DNA of 64,000 nt, from assembly GCA_964016885.1 (NCBI GenBank), contig OZ024741.1, positions 332,382,001-332,446,000 on the forward strand, read 5' to 3'. The notes under the pieces were generated by a model that was given only the letters and a program-made list of their open reading frames with translations, had not been told where the DNA came from and did no database searches. This document shows positions 1 through 12,272 of the stretch, piece by piece. Origin of the DNA: Eledone cirrhosa (taxonomy: Eukaryota). How positions within the stretch are numbered: position 1 is the stretch's first letter; every line of letters begins with the position of its first letter. The translations under genes and the position numbers were made by a program.

Positions 1-710
1 GCACATCTCTAAAATTGTCAAGAAGGCCAAGGGTGTCTTAGCATCACTCAGCAAGACCTTTGTCAGCTGATCTCCAGCTATCTATTTAAAGCTGTATATA
101 GCTATGATGTGACCACACTTAGAATTTGCATCACCAGTCTGGAACCCCTATCTTGCTCAAAATATTGACTTCCTGGAAACTATTCAGAGACATTCAACCA
201 AACAAATACCGTCCATCAGACACCTACCATACTCTGAACACCTTGCTTCCCTGGGCATGGATTCATTGATGCTCCGACGTTTGGCAACTGACTTGGTAAA
301 CACCCACAAAAATATTAACCATCTTGCCAACAACAACCCTGAGCACCTTTTTGAATTCCATGTGTCTGACACCTGTTGACATGCCTACAAAGTCAGAAAA
401 CAGCACAGTTCCCATGACTTTCGGAAACATTTTTTCTCGCTTAGAGTTGTTGAAGCATAGAAAAAACTACCTGCATCAGTTGTTAGCTGCCGAGACGTTG
501 CATCCTTTATAACCTCCATGCTTCCTGAGATTCGCCAACACTACACTTGATATTCCCCCTCCATAAACATGCACACATGTGTATCATAACTTATACACTG
601 TTCACTTTCCTGACATTTGTACATTATTCTATGTACTATACATGCACCTTTGATGAGTTGTAGTGCACCTGAGCACTGTACACAATAATTTCATTATTAT
701 TATTATTATA
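1..710 (+). mobile_element. CR1/L2-group LINE 3' fragment (degenerate RT C-terminus + 3' UTR + (ATT)n tail)
   Basis: Translation gives ...PHLEFASPVWNPYLAQNIDFLETIQRHSTKQIPSIRHLPYSEHLASLG..LRR..., the typical CR1-group RT C-terminal signature, with stops. It ends in cattattattattatt. Confidence 0.8.
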
Positions 711-949
711 TATAGTACACATATTCAAACTTACATCCATCCACTCACACATACAAGTCCACTACCACATACTACATGGATATACACTTAACACACTAAC
801 TTTGATACTTTGCACAATATACCTTAAAAAAACACACTGTGTAAACATACACTTACACTCATACATATTGACACTAATATACACCCTTTGCCTTCCAAAA
901 TCATTACCAAGACTACCTAACGTTTTGTCTTGTTTATTCTCATTATTTT

Positions 950-1310
950 CAGTATCGGTAGAGGGTCGGACACCATGCTTTGACGCATTGAGTTATGGCC
1001 CTTGCCATTCTGAGTTCAAATCCCGCCGAGGTTAACTTTGCCTTTCATCCTTATGGGGTCGATAAAATAAAGTACCAGTAATGCACTGGGTAATTGCTGG
1101 CCTTGTGCCTAACGTAGAAACAATTATTTTTAGTATCGGTAGAGGGTCGGACACCATGCTTTGACGCATTGAGTTACGGCCCTTGCCATTCTGAGTTCAA
1201 ATCCTGCCGAGGTTAACTTTGCCTTTCATCCTTACGGGGTCGATAAAATAAAGTACCAGTAATACACTGGATAATTGCTGGCCTTGTGCCAAAAGTAGAA
1301 ACAATTATTT
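950..1310 (+). mobile_element. Head-to-tail dimer of tRNA-derived SINE family A (Meta-like central domain)
   Basis: Two ~180-bp near-identical units. Each has an A-box remnant, B-box GAGTTCAAATCC, the core ctttgcctttcatcct..ggggtcgataaaataaagtacc and the tail ggccttgtgcc..gtagaaacaattatt. Confidence 0.85.
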
Positions 1311-1614
1311 TCGATTTTTTTTTCTTTACTTGTCTACCTTTATTTTCTATATCTATCTTTTCTGATCCTGTCTCTATTTTTGTACTCCTGAAGAAGGGCT
1401 GAAGCCTGACACGTCAAACTTTCTTTTCTCCTTTCCATATAAAGCATGAAACTAATAAGACTGTTTGTTGTTTCCTTGAACTACACACACACACACATTC
1501 ATTCATATATATACATATGCACATACACATGCACACATGCACAAATGTGTGTGCAAGAAAAATATTTTTCTTGTACAGTTTGTATGGAAAAGTAGTAGCA
1601 GAATGACATAAAAT

Positions 1615-2355
1615 GGGGTGTTTGTGGTGTTGATGGTAATTGTAGTGCTGGTGATGGGGGTGATGGTAGTTGTGGTTCCAGTGGTTCTGTTGTGGTTTAG
1701 TTGTGGTTCTGGTGACGGTGTGGATCTGATGGTCTTAATGGGGGCAATGGTGTTGGCTATGGTTTTGATGATGGTATTGATGGCAGACTGCAGTTGTATT
1801 ATTGTTGGTAGTGATGATGGTGGTGTGTTAAAATTGGTGGATTTGATGGTGTTGGTAGTGGTGGTGATGGTGTTGGAGGTAGTGGTTTTGATGGAGGTGA
1901 TATGATAATAATGATGATGGTGGTGGTGGTGTTGGTGGTGGCAATGGTACTGGTGGTGGTGTTGTCATTGTCGGTAGTGTTATGATAATGATGATGGTGG
2001 TGTTGGTAGTTTAAGAGATAGTGATGTTGCTGGTGGTGGGGACGGTATTGGTGTTGTTGTTGTTGGACAATGGTAGTGGAGGTGATAATGGTAGAGGTTT
2101 TGATGGTGGTGGTGTTTTGGTGGTAGTTTTAGAGATAGTGATGGTGCTGGTGTTGTTGTCATCGTTTTCATTATTGTTGTTGGTGGTGGAAATGGTACTG
2201 GTGTTTTGTTGTTGCTGTTTATGGTGGTGGTATTGGTGATATATTAAAGAAGATGGTGGTGGTATTGGTTGTTGTTTTAGAGGTAGTGATGGTGTTGGTG
2301 GTAGTTGCAATAATACTGATGTTGTTGTTATTGTTGCTGATATGATAATGATGGT
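1615..2355. repeat. Degenerate (GGT/GAT/GTT)n low-complexity tract
   Basis: Directly visible triplet-rich sequence. The overlapping ORFs are compositional artefacts. Confidence 0.9.
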
Positions 2356-3108
2356 GAGTGAAAGGATAGGCAGCAGTCCGTTATTTGTTAGCATTGGTTT
2401 TTCCAAGAACCATTGAATTTTGTTTCTGCTGCTAGCAGACCTCCAACCAAATAAGCTAGAAATATTTCCGATAACACATTGGAATCAGTCTTTGAGTAGC
2501 TGTAATGTCTGTGTAAAATAACACATAATAATGTGGTTGGCTAGTGATTGTTGTTAGGTCATTCCTAATTCCATGTCTAGCATATTGTGACGTTTGTATT
2601 TTATACATGTCATCAACATCATCATCATCTTTAATGTCCATATTCCATGCTAGCATGGGTAGGACAGTGTGTATATCTAAATATGTGCATGTGTGTGTGT
2701 CTCAGCTAGGGTTAGCTTTTTTATTCGTTTGGACAAGACCCGTTGATAAAGTGTTCCGGTCCATCCGCCTTCTAGAAGTCTTATATATTTTTATGTGGGC
2801 TGATAGGGGGCGGATTAAGGAATTGCAGAAACCCAAGAAGCTAGATTTACCATCTTTCTAGTGGGTCCGGGTAAGCTTTTTACATTCATATGATTTATTG
2901 ATTTATTGATATTTTATCTGAGTGACCCGAATCTTCCTGGTCGTAATTTTTCGGCCGCATGGGTGATTTTAGACATAATCTTTGTGTGTTGGTATTTTAA
3001 CGATAGTTATAGCTCTGATTTATCTGAATTATTGAGCCCTCTGCCACTCATATCGGATTTGTTTATCGTAAACTCGTGAGCTGATTTTCCGATACTTGAT
3101 TATTCTAC

Positions 3109-3145
<37 letters not shown>

Positions 3146-3342
3146 ATATATATATATACAGAAACAATCCTATATGAGCAAGACACGGGCACCTGACCCA
3201 ACTAGCCTCTAAATGGAACAAACTCCTCTAACCCATGCTAACTTGGAAGATAGATGTTTAATGATGATGATGATGATATGTATATATATATATATATATA
3301 ACTATTGTATGTTCCAGCCGACAAGCTGAGGCCATGCTGGTG

Positions 3343-3380
<38 letters not shown>

Positions 3381-3381
3381 C

Positions 3382-3431
<50 letters not shown>

Positions 3432-4018
3432 TAACTATTAAAGTTTAAGCAAAGAATTTCTACTTTCATCCGATATGGGATCTTCTGAAACTAAGAAGAA
3501 GTAAATATTTCAGTAAATAGACGCAGAAGTAAATATTTCAAAAAACGTTATGATCAAATGACTTTAGAAAACAGGAAGACAGAATGGTAGTGCGTGAAGA
3601 CATTTTCTTGCGGTGGGCGAAATATATGCAATGATAATTACATCATTATTTGGAGCGAGAAGAACAAATTCTTGCTATGGGAAAAACAATTTTCCTATAG
3701 AAAAAGGTATGTTTTTCCCATAGCAAGAATTTGTTCTTCTCGCTCAAAATAATGATGTAATTATCATTGCATATACTTTGCAATTTTATATCATTTTATT
3801 AATGATGTAATTAATAAAATGATATAAGATTCTAGAATACTTCCTTATTCTTCATTTATATACAAAAACTCCATTGTACATAAACCTGTGTGGTTATATC
3901 AGTCTGGAAACTATATAATGATGAGTGCTAAAACCTGCATAAAAGAGTATTAGTTGATCGACAAGTACAATTCGGAAACAATTACTGATTAACAAGCACA
4001 AACAGACCAAATATATAT

Positions 4019-4052
<34 letters not shown>

Positions 4053-4090
4053 TTAGTCTGTTTGTGTTTGTTAGGGTTATATATATATAT

Positions 4091-4691
4091 CATCATCATC
4101 ATGGTTTAACGTCTATCTTCCACGCTAGCATGAGTTTAGACGGGAATTGTCCCACTTGAGGCAAGATTGGTTGTCTTGCATAGGATAGACTGGCAGGTTT
4201 TCTACGGCTGGATGCCCTTCCTAACACCAACCACATTTACAGTGTGGACTGGGAGGTTTTTACCGTGTTACCTACATGGCCATATTACAGCGTGGACTGT
4301 GTGTTTTTTTGTCGTGACACCTACACAACCTCATTTATTTAGTGGTACCAGCATAACTTTACAGCGAAAGTGGTGGTGTTGATGGGGGTGGAGGTGGGGG
4401 GAGTTGGGGTAGTGGGAGGGCGGTGTTTATTTGATAAAAGATGACAGCTATATAAAAAAGTGCAGGGCGATCAAAATTGATGGTAGTTACAGAGTAGGTA
4501 GACCCAGAAAAATCTGGGACGATCTGATAAATTCCAACCTTACACACTTGCACCTCTCTAAGACAATGTCAGTGGACTGAGATCTTTGGCGCTACGCAGT
4601 AATACAGAAGACCCGCCTTGCCTATGTACAAAGCGAAACCTACAGTCAGTAGGCACCTCTTAACCAAATATACACCCCAATCCACTGCCCC
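4091..4691 (-). mobile_element. 5'-truncated RTE LINE copy with inverted 5' segment
   Basis: 4091-~4434 is the RTE 3' UTR and (GAT)n tail on minus, matching 12273-12640. ~4435-4691 is the ORF2 end on plus ([45 protein letters not shown]). Confidence 0.8.
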
Positions 4692-4737
4692 TATAAATAT
4701 AGTTTCCATTTATTAATATATTATGTATATATATATG

Positions 4738-4792
<55 letters not shown>

Positions 4793-5568
4793 TTGTGTGT
4801 ATATATATATGTGTGTATATATATGTATTAATATATTGATTAATATGTAAAGTAATTAATCATATTGTCTAACAAAACTATTGGTTAATCAAAGTGCTAC
4901 AGTTCGTCACTATTAGAACCTAAAGTCAGCTCCACAAATATAAATTTAAAAGATTTTCATTAGGAGCAGTTACATATATATATATTGTGGAAGTGATAAT
5001 GATGATATATAAATGGCTGGCTGAATACACACATTTTTTCTCAAAAAAATGTTTTTCCATTTCTTCCTCTTCTCACTCTCTATCTTTTTATTTCATCTTT
5101 TATTTCTCATTCTATCTTCTGATGAAAGACTAATGTCCCAAACATAAAGCCTCTTTTACTACTATATCAAGCATTAAACTAATATAATTCTTCATTGTTC
5201 CATGTTGTTTGTTTTGTTGATTCCATTGACATTTTGCATACATGTACATATATATATGTGTGCGTATATATATATATATATATAGATTTTGAGTATATGT
5301 TAGTTGTATACCAACACCTCAGTATGCAGATTGGAGCACTCGACGAAGTGTGCAGGTTGGTTTGGTTACTCGGGAATAATGTAAAATAAAATAAAATAAA
5401 TATGTCAAATGTTTAAAATTTAGCTTCGTTTATTACTGCTATATATGATATATATGATTCCAGTTCCTCAGTGAAATAACAACCCAACCAGGAACTGGGC
5501 ATATCAGAGTATTAACAAAGTTATACACCTCAACAACATATGTACTTGTCTATACCACACTAATTTGG

Positions 5569-5623
5569 ACTGCCTGAAGAGGTCACAGCCAAAGATGGCT
5601 GTCACCGAAATATATATAGCAGT
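5569..5623 (+). ncRNA. Type I hammerhead ribozyme (intact core)
   Basis: actgc-CTGAAGA-ggtcacagcca(aaga)tggctgtcacc-GAAA-tatata-TA-gcagt. Stem I is actgc/gcagt, stem II has ~10 bp and stem III is palindromic. Confidence 0.8.
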
Positions 5624-5669
5624 AATAAACGAAGCTAAATTTTAAACATTTGACTTATATATTTTATTT

Positions 5670-5728
<59 letters not shown>

Positions 5729-5894
5729 CACACACACATATATGTATACATACATATATATATATGTGTGTGTGTGTATATATATATATATATTGAAGGT
5801 GGCCGACTGAACTAGAAACTGGTAAATGTGTGGCCGCCTTCTTGTCTCTCTGCCTTTTCAGCCCAATGGATTATATTCCTTTGTTAAATTTCGA

Positions 5895-5952
5895 ATACCT
5901 GATGATGTCACCAGATTCATACTGAACCCGGTCATTGAAATATTCATAGTAT
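5895..5952 (+). ncRNA. Type I hammerhead ribozyme, partly degenerate
   Basis: atac-CTGATGA-tgtcaccagattca(tac)tgaacccggtcatt-GAAA-tattca-TA-gtat. Stems II and III carry mismatches. Confidence 0.5.
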
Positions 5953-6163
5953 AATAAACCTTTAAGGAATTACACCAGTCCAGCCTCCTGTTATTTTATA
6001 ATAATTAACTCTGACTCGCACCACCAACAACACAAACGAAGACGAGTGAGTTGCATTACATCGAGTGCTCTCCCTAATATTACAACGAGGTTGACCATAC
6101 GGAATGACCAGTTCTATCCAGTGGTGAACCAACAAACCTAAATATATATATATATATATACAC

Positions 6164-6234
<71 letters not shown>

Positions 6235-6892
6235 CTCATTTACATATATGAAGAAAATATTTGCTTGTTGTCAAAGTGATAAGGCTTTTTGTTGTCAATT
6301 TACTTTATGACTATTTACTGTTTAGTTTTCCATGTCATATAACCATTCAATTCCTGTACCAACCTATCAACCAACCAACCAACCAACTACTCTAAATATA
6401 ATGACACATTTGTTAAGTACACAACTGTTAGAATTACAAAGAATCTGCAACTGATGTAGCAGCAATATGTCTCTGTCTTGAAGAGTCTGCACTGAAATGT
6501 GTTCTGTGGTCTTTCCACAATTCTTAAATACTACTCTAAACTCTCTAAACAAGAAATACTGGTAATTATTTACCAACACAATAGGCAAAGAGACATACTG
6601 TAAGCATTTTTAGAACCCTTCATCCCGCCCTCTCCATGTCTTTCCATATCTGTGTGTAGAGATGAATCTCCCCCCCCCCCTTGAAGTTGGGGAAGAGGTT
6701 CGAGGATGGGAGTTTGAATGGGGAGGACCACTGTTTGTTGCTTCCATCATTCTGTGTTGGTGTCTCTCAGGTTAATGGCTTGACAAGTGAAGTGTGAAAT
6801 GAAACACTGCAGTCTTAACACTTGGGATTCTATAAGCAATATATAAGTTAAAGAAACGTTTGTTTAAACAAAATAAAAGATAAAATGAAATA

Positions 6893-7087
6893 ATAATTGT
6901 TTCTACTTTTGGCACAAGGCCAACAAATATCCCCAGTGAATCACTGGTGCTTTATTTTATTGACCCCGTAAGGTTGAAAGGCAAAGTTAACCTCGGCGGG
7001 ATTTGAACTCAGAACGTAAAGGGCCATAACTTTATGCTGCAAACATGTTATCCGATGCTCTACCGATTCTGCCAATCCATCGCCCTA
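6893..7087 (-). mobile_element. SINE family A copy
   Basis: Reverse complement of the 950-1130 unit with a full head. Further minus copies lie at ~7540-7735, 8618-8845 and 43935-44080. Confidence 0.8.
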
Positions 7088-7150
7088 ATAATAATAATGG
7101 TTTCTGATTTAGGCACAAGGCCAACAGTTTTTAGGGGAGGAGAAAGTCGA

Positions 7151-7462
7151 TTAACCCTTTAGCATTTAAACCAGCTATATCTGGCCAGAAATCTCTCAGA
7201 TCTCTCTGTTCAAACTGGCTGTAACTGGCCACTCATACTGATTTTAAGGTATTGGTCTCAAAATAAATAACATCAAAATCTCATAGATTCAATATTAAGT
7301 GAGATAATTGTGTAAGGTAAAGTGTTTACTGTGAAAATGCAATAATATATATAGAGTAATGTATTGGGTTGTACCATACATTCCCGCCGTTTTTTTTTAT
7401 TAAGAAGTTTTATAACAACGGGGGGAATTTATGTTACAACCTAATAAATGCTAAAGGGTTAA
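7151..7462. mobile_element. piggyBac-like MITE (TTAA TSD) inserted in a SINE
   Basis: TTAA-CCCTTTAGCATTTA...TAAATGCTAAAGGG-TTAA. A second copy lies at 50328-50553. Confidence 0.8.
7362..7446. mobile_element. ~81-bp mariner-type MITE nested in the piggyBac-like MITE
   Basis: TA-TTGGGTTGTACCATACATTCCCGCCGTT...AACGGGGGGAATTTATGTTACAACCTAA-TA. It is absent from the paralogous copy at ~50530. Confidence 0.8.
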
Positions 7463-7834
7463 ATTGACTCCAGTTTATTACTGGTACATTATTAGTAACA
7501 CTGTGGTTGATTTAATCGACTTTCCCCTTCCCTAAGGCCAACGATTTTCGGATCAGGAGAAAGTAAATAAAATTAACCCGAGTACATTACTGGTGCTTTT
7601 ATTTTATCGACCCTGTAAGGATGGAAGGCAAAGCTAACCATGACGGGAGTTGAACTAAGAACGTAATGGACTGTAACTTTATGCCAAAAAGCATGGTGTT
7701 TGATGCTCTACTGATACTGCCAATCCACCACCCTAAAAACCTAAAAATGAGCTTAATTTAAATGTTAATTAGTGGACAGATTGATGTAGCAAAGAACCTG
7801 ATATAGATCAAACTCTCACCCATCAGTCACTGTG

Positions 7835-8460
7835 GAGTTCTGGGCTAATGGCAGAGATTGTGAACTTCACTTTAGCTGCACAATACCAGTGTCTTTCAAT
7901 GCACAACTTTCAAGCCAATGTGATCAGAAATGGAATTGACCCAAAGTGTCAATTCTGTGATGAACATGTTGAGACCATTGACCACCTGGTTTCAGGCTGC
8001 AAAGTATTAGCTCCCCAGGAATATAAAAAGATGCATGATAGAGTGGAGCACTACTTATATTGGGTTAGGTGTATGTTCTATGGTCTGGAAACAGGGGAAA
8101 TTGTACAACCATTACCCAGATGCAGTAACAGGAGGCCAACAGACCTGATATAATTGTGAAATATTTGGACCAGATACCTGGTAATCTATCTTTGCAAGAT
8201 ATACAGAAAATAGTGCTGATTGGTACTGTCCATGTCCTGAGAAGGACATTATCAATTTCAAAACCTTGCAAAGACATTTACTGTTGTTTGTGCCCTTGTG
8301 GCATCATTTGTGTGACAATTGATTGTAAAATATATTATCAAATTTTGCCTCAGGTGTTAGGTTGACACTCAGAATGATTTGGGAATGAAGCAGAATTCAA
8401 AGGAACTTTCAAATAATAATAATATTAATAATGGTAATAGTAGTAATAATAATACTAGAG
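7835..8460 (+). mobile_element. R4/Dong-like (RLE) non-LTR retrotransposon 3' fragment
   Basis: FTLAAQYQCLS..NFQANVI..DPKCQFC..VETIDHLVSGC..LA..EYKKMHDRV (CCHC knuckle), C-terminal KYLDQIPGN.SLQDIQKIVLIGTVHVLRRTL, and an (AAT)n tail. The endonuclease core appears deleted. Confidence 0.75.
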
Positions 8461-9309
8461 ATTTCTTTATTAACCACACAGAATTTACAAACAAATACAT
8501 TAAGGACAGCACAGATTGGTACAAATATGGGTTTGTGTGTGTAAAAAAGGGGAAACAAAAACAAAAGATGTAACAAAAAAATGGAAACAAAGGAATATTA
8601 TTATTCTTTATTTCAATAATAATTGTTTCTACTTTTGGCACAAGGCCAACAATGTTTTTTTTTTGGGGGGGGGGGTCGATTAATCAACTCCAGTGCATTA
8701 CTGGTGCTTTATTTTATCGAACTTGTAAGGATGAAAGGCAAATTTAACCTCATCAGGATTTGAACTGAGATCGTAAAGGGACGTAACTCTATGCTGGAAA
8801 GCATGGTGTATGACCCTCTACCAATACTGCCAATCCACTGCCCTCACAATAATGATAATAATAATACTGATAATGATAACAATAACAACAACAATAATAG
8901 CAATAATGATAAGAATAATATTACAATAGTAATATTGGTTTAAACAGCATTACTGTAACAAACTTATCTTTCCAGTAAATGAACTCTCGAAATCAAAAAC
9001 AAAAACAAAAAAAGAAACGAAGAGAAGAAAAGAAAAAATTCACGATTAGCCTTTACATACAAATTTCTATTTTTATTTTTATTTATTATAATTATCATGT
9101 GAACATTATATGTTGTTATTGTTGTTACCATGTTGAATTTAAATTTAAAATTGGTAAAAATGTTTAAGCCATAACAGTAAATAAAAATTGTAGAACTAAC
9201 CAGAAAGGGCAGGAGAGGGGGTGGGGTGGGGAGTGGACACTGAACAAATTGTGAAACTGTTTCTGTGTTAATATATAATATAATCTGGAGTGAAGATAAC
9301 TAGTGAATA

Positions 9310-9965
9310 ATGAGGATGGTGTTGGTGGTGGTAATGTGGTGGTGTTGGTGGTTTTGGTGGTGTTGGTGGTGGTGGTGGTAGTGGTGGTGGTGGTGGTTGT
9401 GGTGGTGGTTGTGGTGGTTGTGGTGGCGTTGGTGGTTGTGTGTTGGTGCTGGTGGTGGTGTTTGTGGTTGTGGTGGTGTTGTTGGTGGTTGTGGTGGTGG
9501 TGGTGGTTGTGGTGGTGTTGGTGGTTGTGTGTTGGTGGTTGTGGTGGTGTTGGTGGTTGTTGAGTAGTAGTGTTGTTATTGGTGGTGGTGGTGATCATGA
9601 GGATAGTGTTGGTGGTTAGGTGGTGGTAGTGTAGTGGTTGGTGATGGTAGTGTAGTGGTTGGTGGTGGTGGTGGTGATTGTGAGGTTAGTGTTGGTGGTT
9701 AGGAGGTGGTAGTGTAGTGGTTAAGTGGTGGTAGTGTAGTGGGTGGTGGTGGTGGTGATCGTGAGGTTAGTGTTGGTGGTTAGGTGGTGGTAGTATAGTG
9801 GTTGGTGGTGGTGGTGGTGGTGGTGGTGATTGTGAGGTTAGTGTTGGTGGTTAGGTGTTGGTAGTGTGGTGGCTGGTGGTGGTGGTGGTGGTAGTTGTTG
9901 GGTGGCAGTGTTGTTGTTGTTGTTGGTGGTGGTGATCATGAAGATAATGTTGGTGGTTGGTGTCA
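9310..9965. repeat. (GGT)n-rich microsatellite/minisatellite
   Basis: Directly visible in the sequence. Confidence 0.9.
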
Positions 9966-10019
9966 GGATTTTACAATATCTTGTGGCATATTTTTTCATA
10001 CAGAGGTGGGAGAAGGAAG

Positions 10020-10260
10020 AATTCAAGGCCACCTTGAATGCCCCCCCCCCCCCCCCCCCATATGCTTGGCCATGCTGAACAACCCCCAAACTCAAGACCA
10101 CCCTGAATGCCCCGCCTCCAAACTCTTGGCCATACTGAACAACCCCCCAAACTCAAGGCCACCCTGAATGACCCCCCCCCCCCCAAAAAAAAAAACTCTT
10201 GGCCATGCTGAACAACCCCCAAACTCAAGGCCATTCTGAATGATCCCAAACTCTGGTTGT
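10020..10260. repeat. ~60-75-bp tandem repeat, ~4 units with variable C-runs
   Basis: Unit cttggccatgctgaacaacccccaaactcaaggccaccctgaatg(C)n. Confidence 0.8.
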
Positions 10261-11127
10261 ACCCTAGGCTTAGCTTCAGGGAGCCAACAAAGAGGATTGA
10301 CAGAATTGTTCGAGCTTCAGATAAAATAAAATAAAATGTCTTGTAGCATTTAGTTAATCCTTTCCAGTTCATATTTCTAAAGAAATACGCTCTATTTTAA
10401 TGAACCCTGCTAGGCCCCTCTCACACATCAGAAAGTGTTTCCCCACTCCATCTGGCCTACCACAACTAGGGCAGCTGTGCTGAGTTGGTCAACTGTAAAA
10501 TAAGGACTGTCTATAAATAGATACATAATTTCAATTAATTAACTATTAAAATCCTGTAATAATTTAGCAGAAAATAACTAAAAATGTGTTTGGTTATTCA
10601 AATGTTTATACTATTTTTACTAGTGGACAGATTGTTATAAGAATTTGCAATAAATGAAAGTAAAGACATTAATGTTTAATGTATTGCAATCTTGGTGCTG
10701 TTCTGTACATTTCAAAAGTGCCTTGTTAATGTGGTTTCATGAAGTCCATGAAGTTATAAGTTAATGAAGAATTTTGAGGGATTTATTAAGATTATTATTT
10801 TATTACTAAGATAGTAAGTTAACCCATGGTTCTTATAAAGTATTATGTTGGATTGTTTGTAGATAAATATAAAAACCAAATCTGTAATTAATTACACTAA
10901 TTTGTGAACATATTTTTAATTAACTGTACTAATTTGTGAGCATATCTCTAATTAATTAAACTAATTTGTGAACAAATCTTTCATTAACTGCACTAATTTG
11001 TGACTAATTGCAATCTATTTCAGTTAATTAATGAAGAATGTTGAGGGATTCACTAAAATTATTATTTCATTGCTAAGACAGTAACTTAACACTTGCATAG
11101 CAGTATCGGCAAATGAGATGTGCTAGA

Positions 11128-11197
<70 letters not shown>

Positions 11198-12272
11198 ATG
11201 TAAAGTAGGGAAGCATCAGCTTCACCCAAAACTGGCCTCTGGCTCTATGAATTAAAACCACTCATTTTAAAGGGTTTCTTCTTAAATTAAAACCTTCCAA
11301 TATAATTTTACTCTTGTTAAGTTATGTTACAAATACCATCTTAATAATGAAATAATTAATAACTTGAGTAAATCCTTTCAAATTCTTCAATAACTAATTA
11401 CAATAGAGTGTATTTTATAAGAAATAAGGTAACAAACGGGTTAATTATCTCACACAATGTACACCTGGGTATGTAGCACCCTAGGCTAGTTCTACAATGT
11501 GTAACCCCCATCCACCCTTATCCCAGGTATGAGCCCCATTCTCTCAAATAAAATAATTTAGAATCAAAATTTGGCAAGCTGACGAACCTAGAATCCTTCC
11601 AAGATCAACTTTGCCTTTCATTCATTCGAGGTCGATAAAAAAAGTACCAGTCAAGTACTGGAGTTGATTCTTCCTCCATATCTCTTTCTCACTTCCATTC
11701 TCTCACTGGAAGAAATCTTCTGTAGTCAGACTTGGAGAAGAGACTCTACCAGGCTTAAAATGTCCAAGAAACATATGTCACTATGGCACCTCTAACTCCA
11801 TCAGGAGTCATACCATACCATACCACCAATGTTTATGCCCTAGGCACCTGCCTGGTTGTCCTTAATGTTTCACCAATCCTGTATCCACAGCCAGATGAAT
11901 GTAAGGCAAAGTGAAAGTGAAAGAAGGTGGGATTAAAATTGAGAATATAATCAGCTGGAATAAATACAACAAAGCATTTTCACTGTCACTTTAATGATTC
12001 TTTTAATCCAGCAACACTGATAAAGTAAATTAATGCATGCTAGTATAATTAAGATAATGAAATAATTAGAAATGAATTAATATTAATCTGTAGTAATAAT
12101 AATTGAAATAAACAATTTGATGGGAATTAGAAAAGTAACTCAGTTTTCCTAACTATTTAAAAAAAAAAAACTCACTTTCTTCTTAGTCTGTCTCTCTCTC
12201 TCTCTTGTGTGTATGTATATATATATATATATACACACACACACATGAGTATATACATATATATATACTTGT

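Noticed and set aside
1385-1420. Degenerate minimal hammerhead-like motifs (also 5119, 24510-24543, 34630-34660, 43405-43440)
   Set aside because: The core is mutated or stem I cannot be formed. They are plausibly dead PLE ends but are not supportable as ribozymes.
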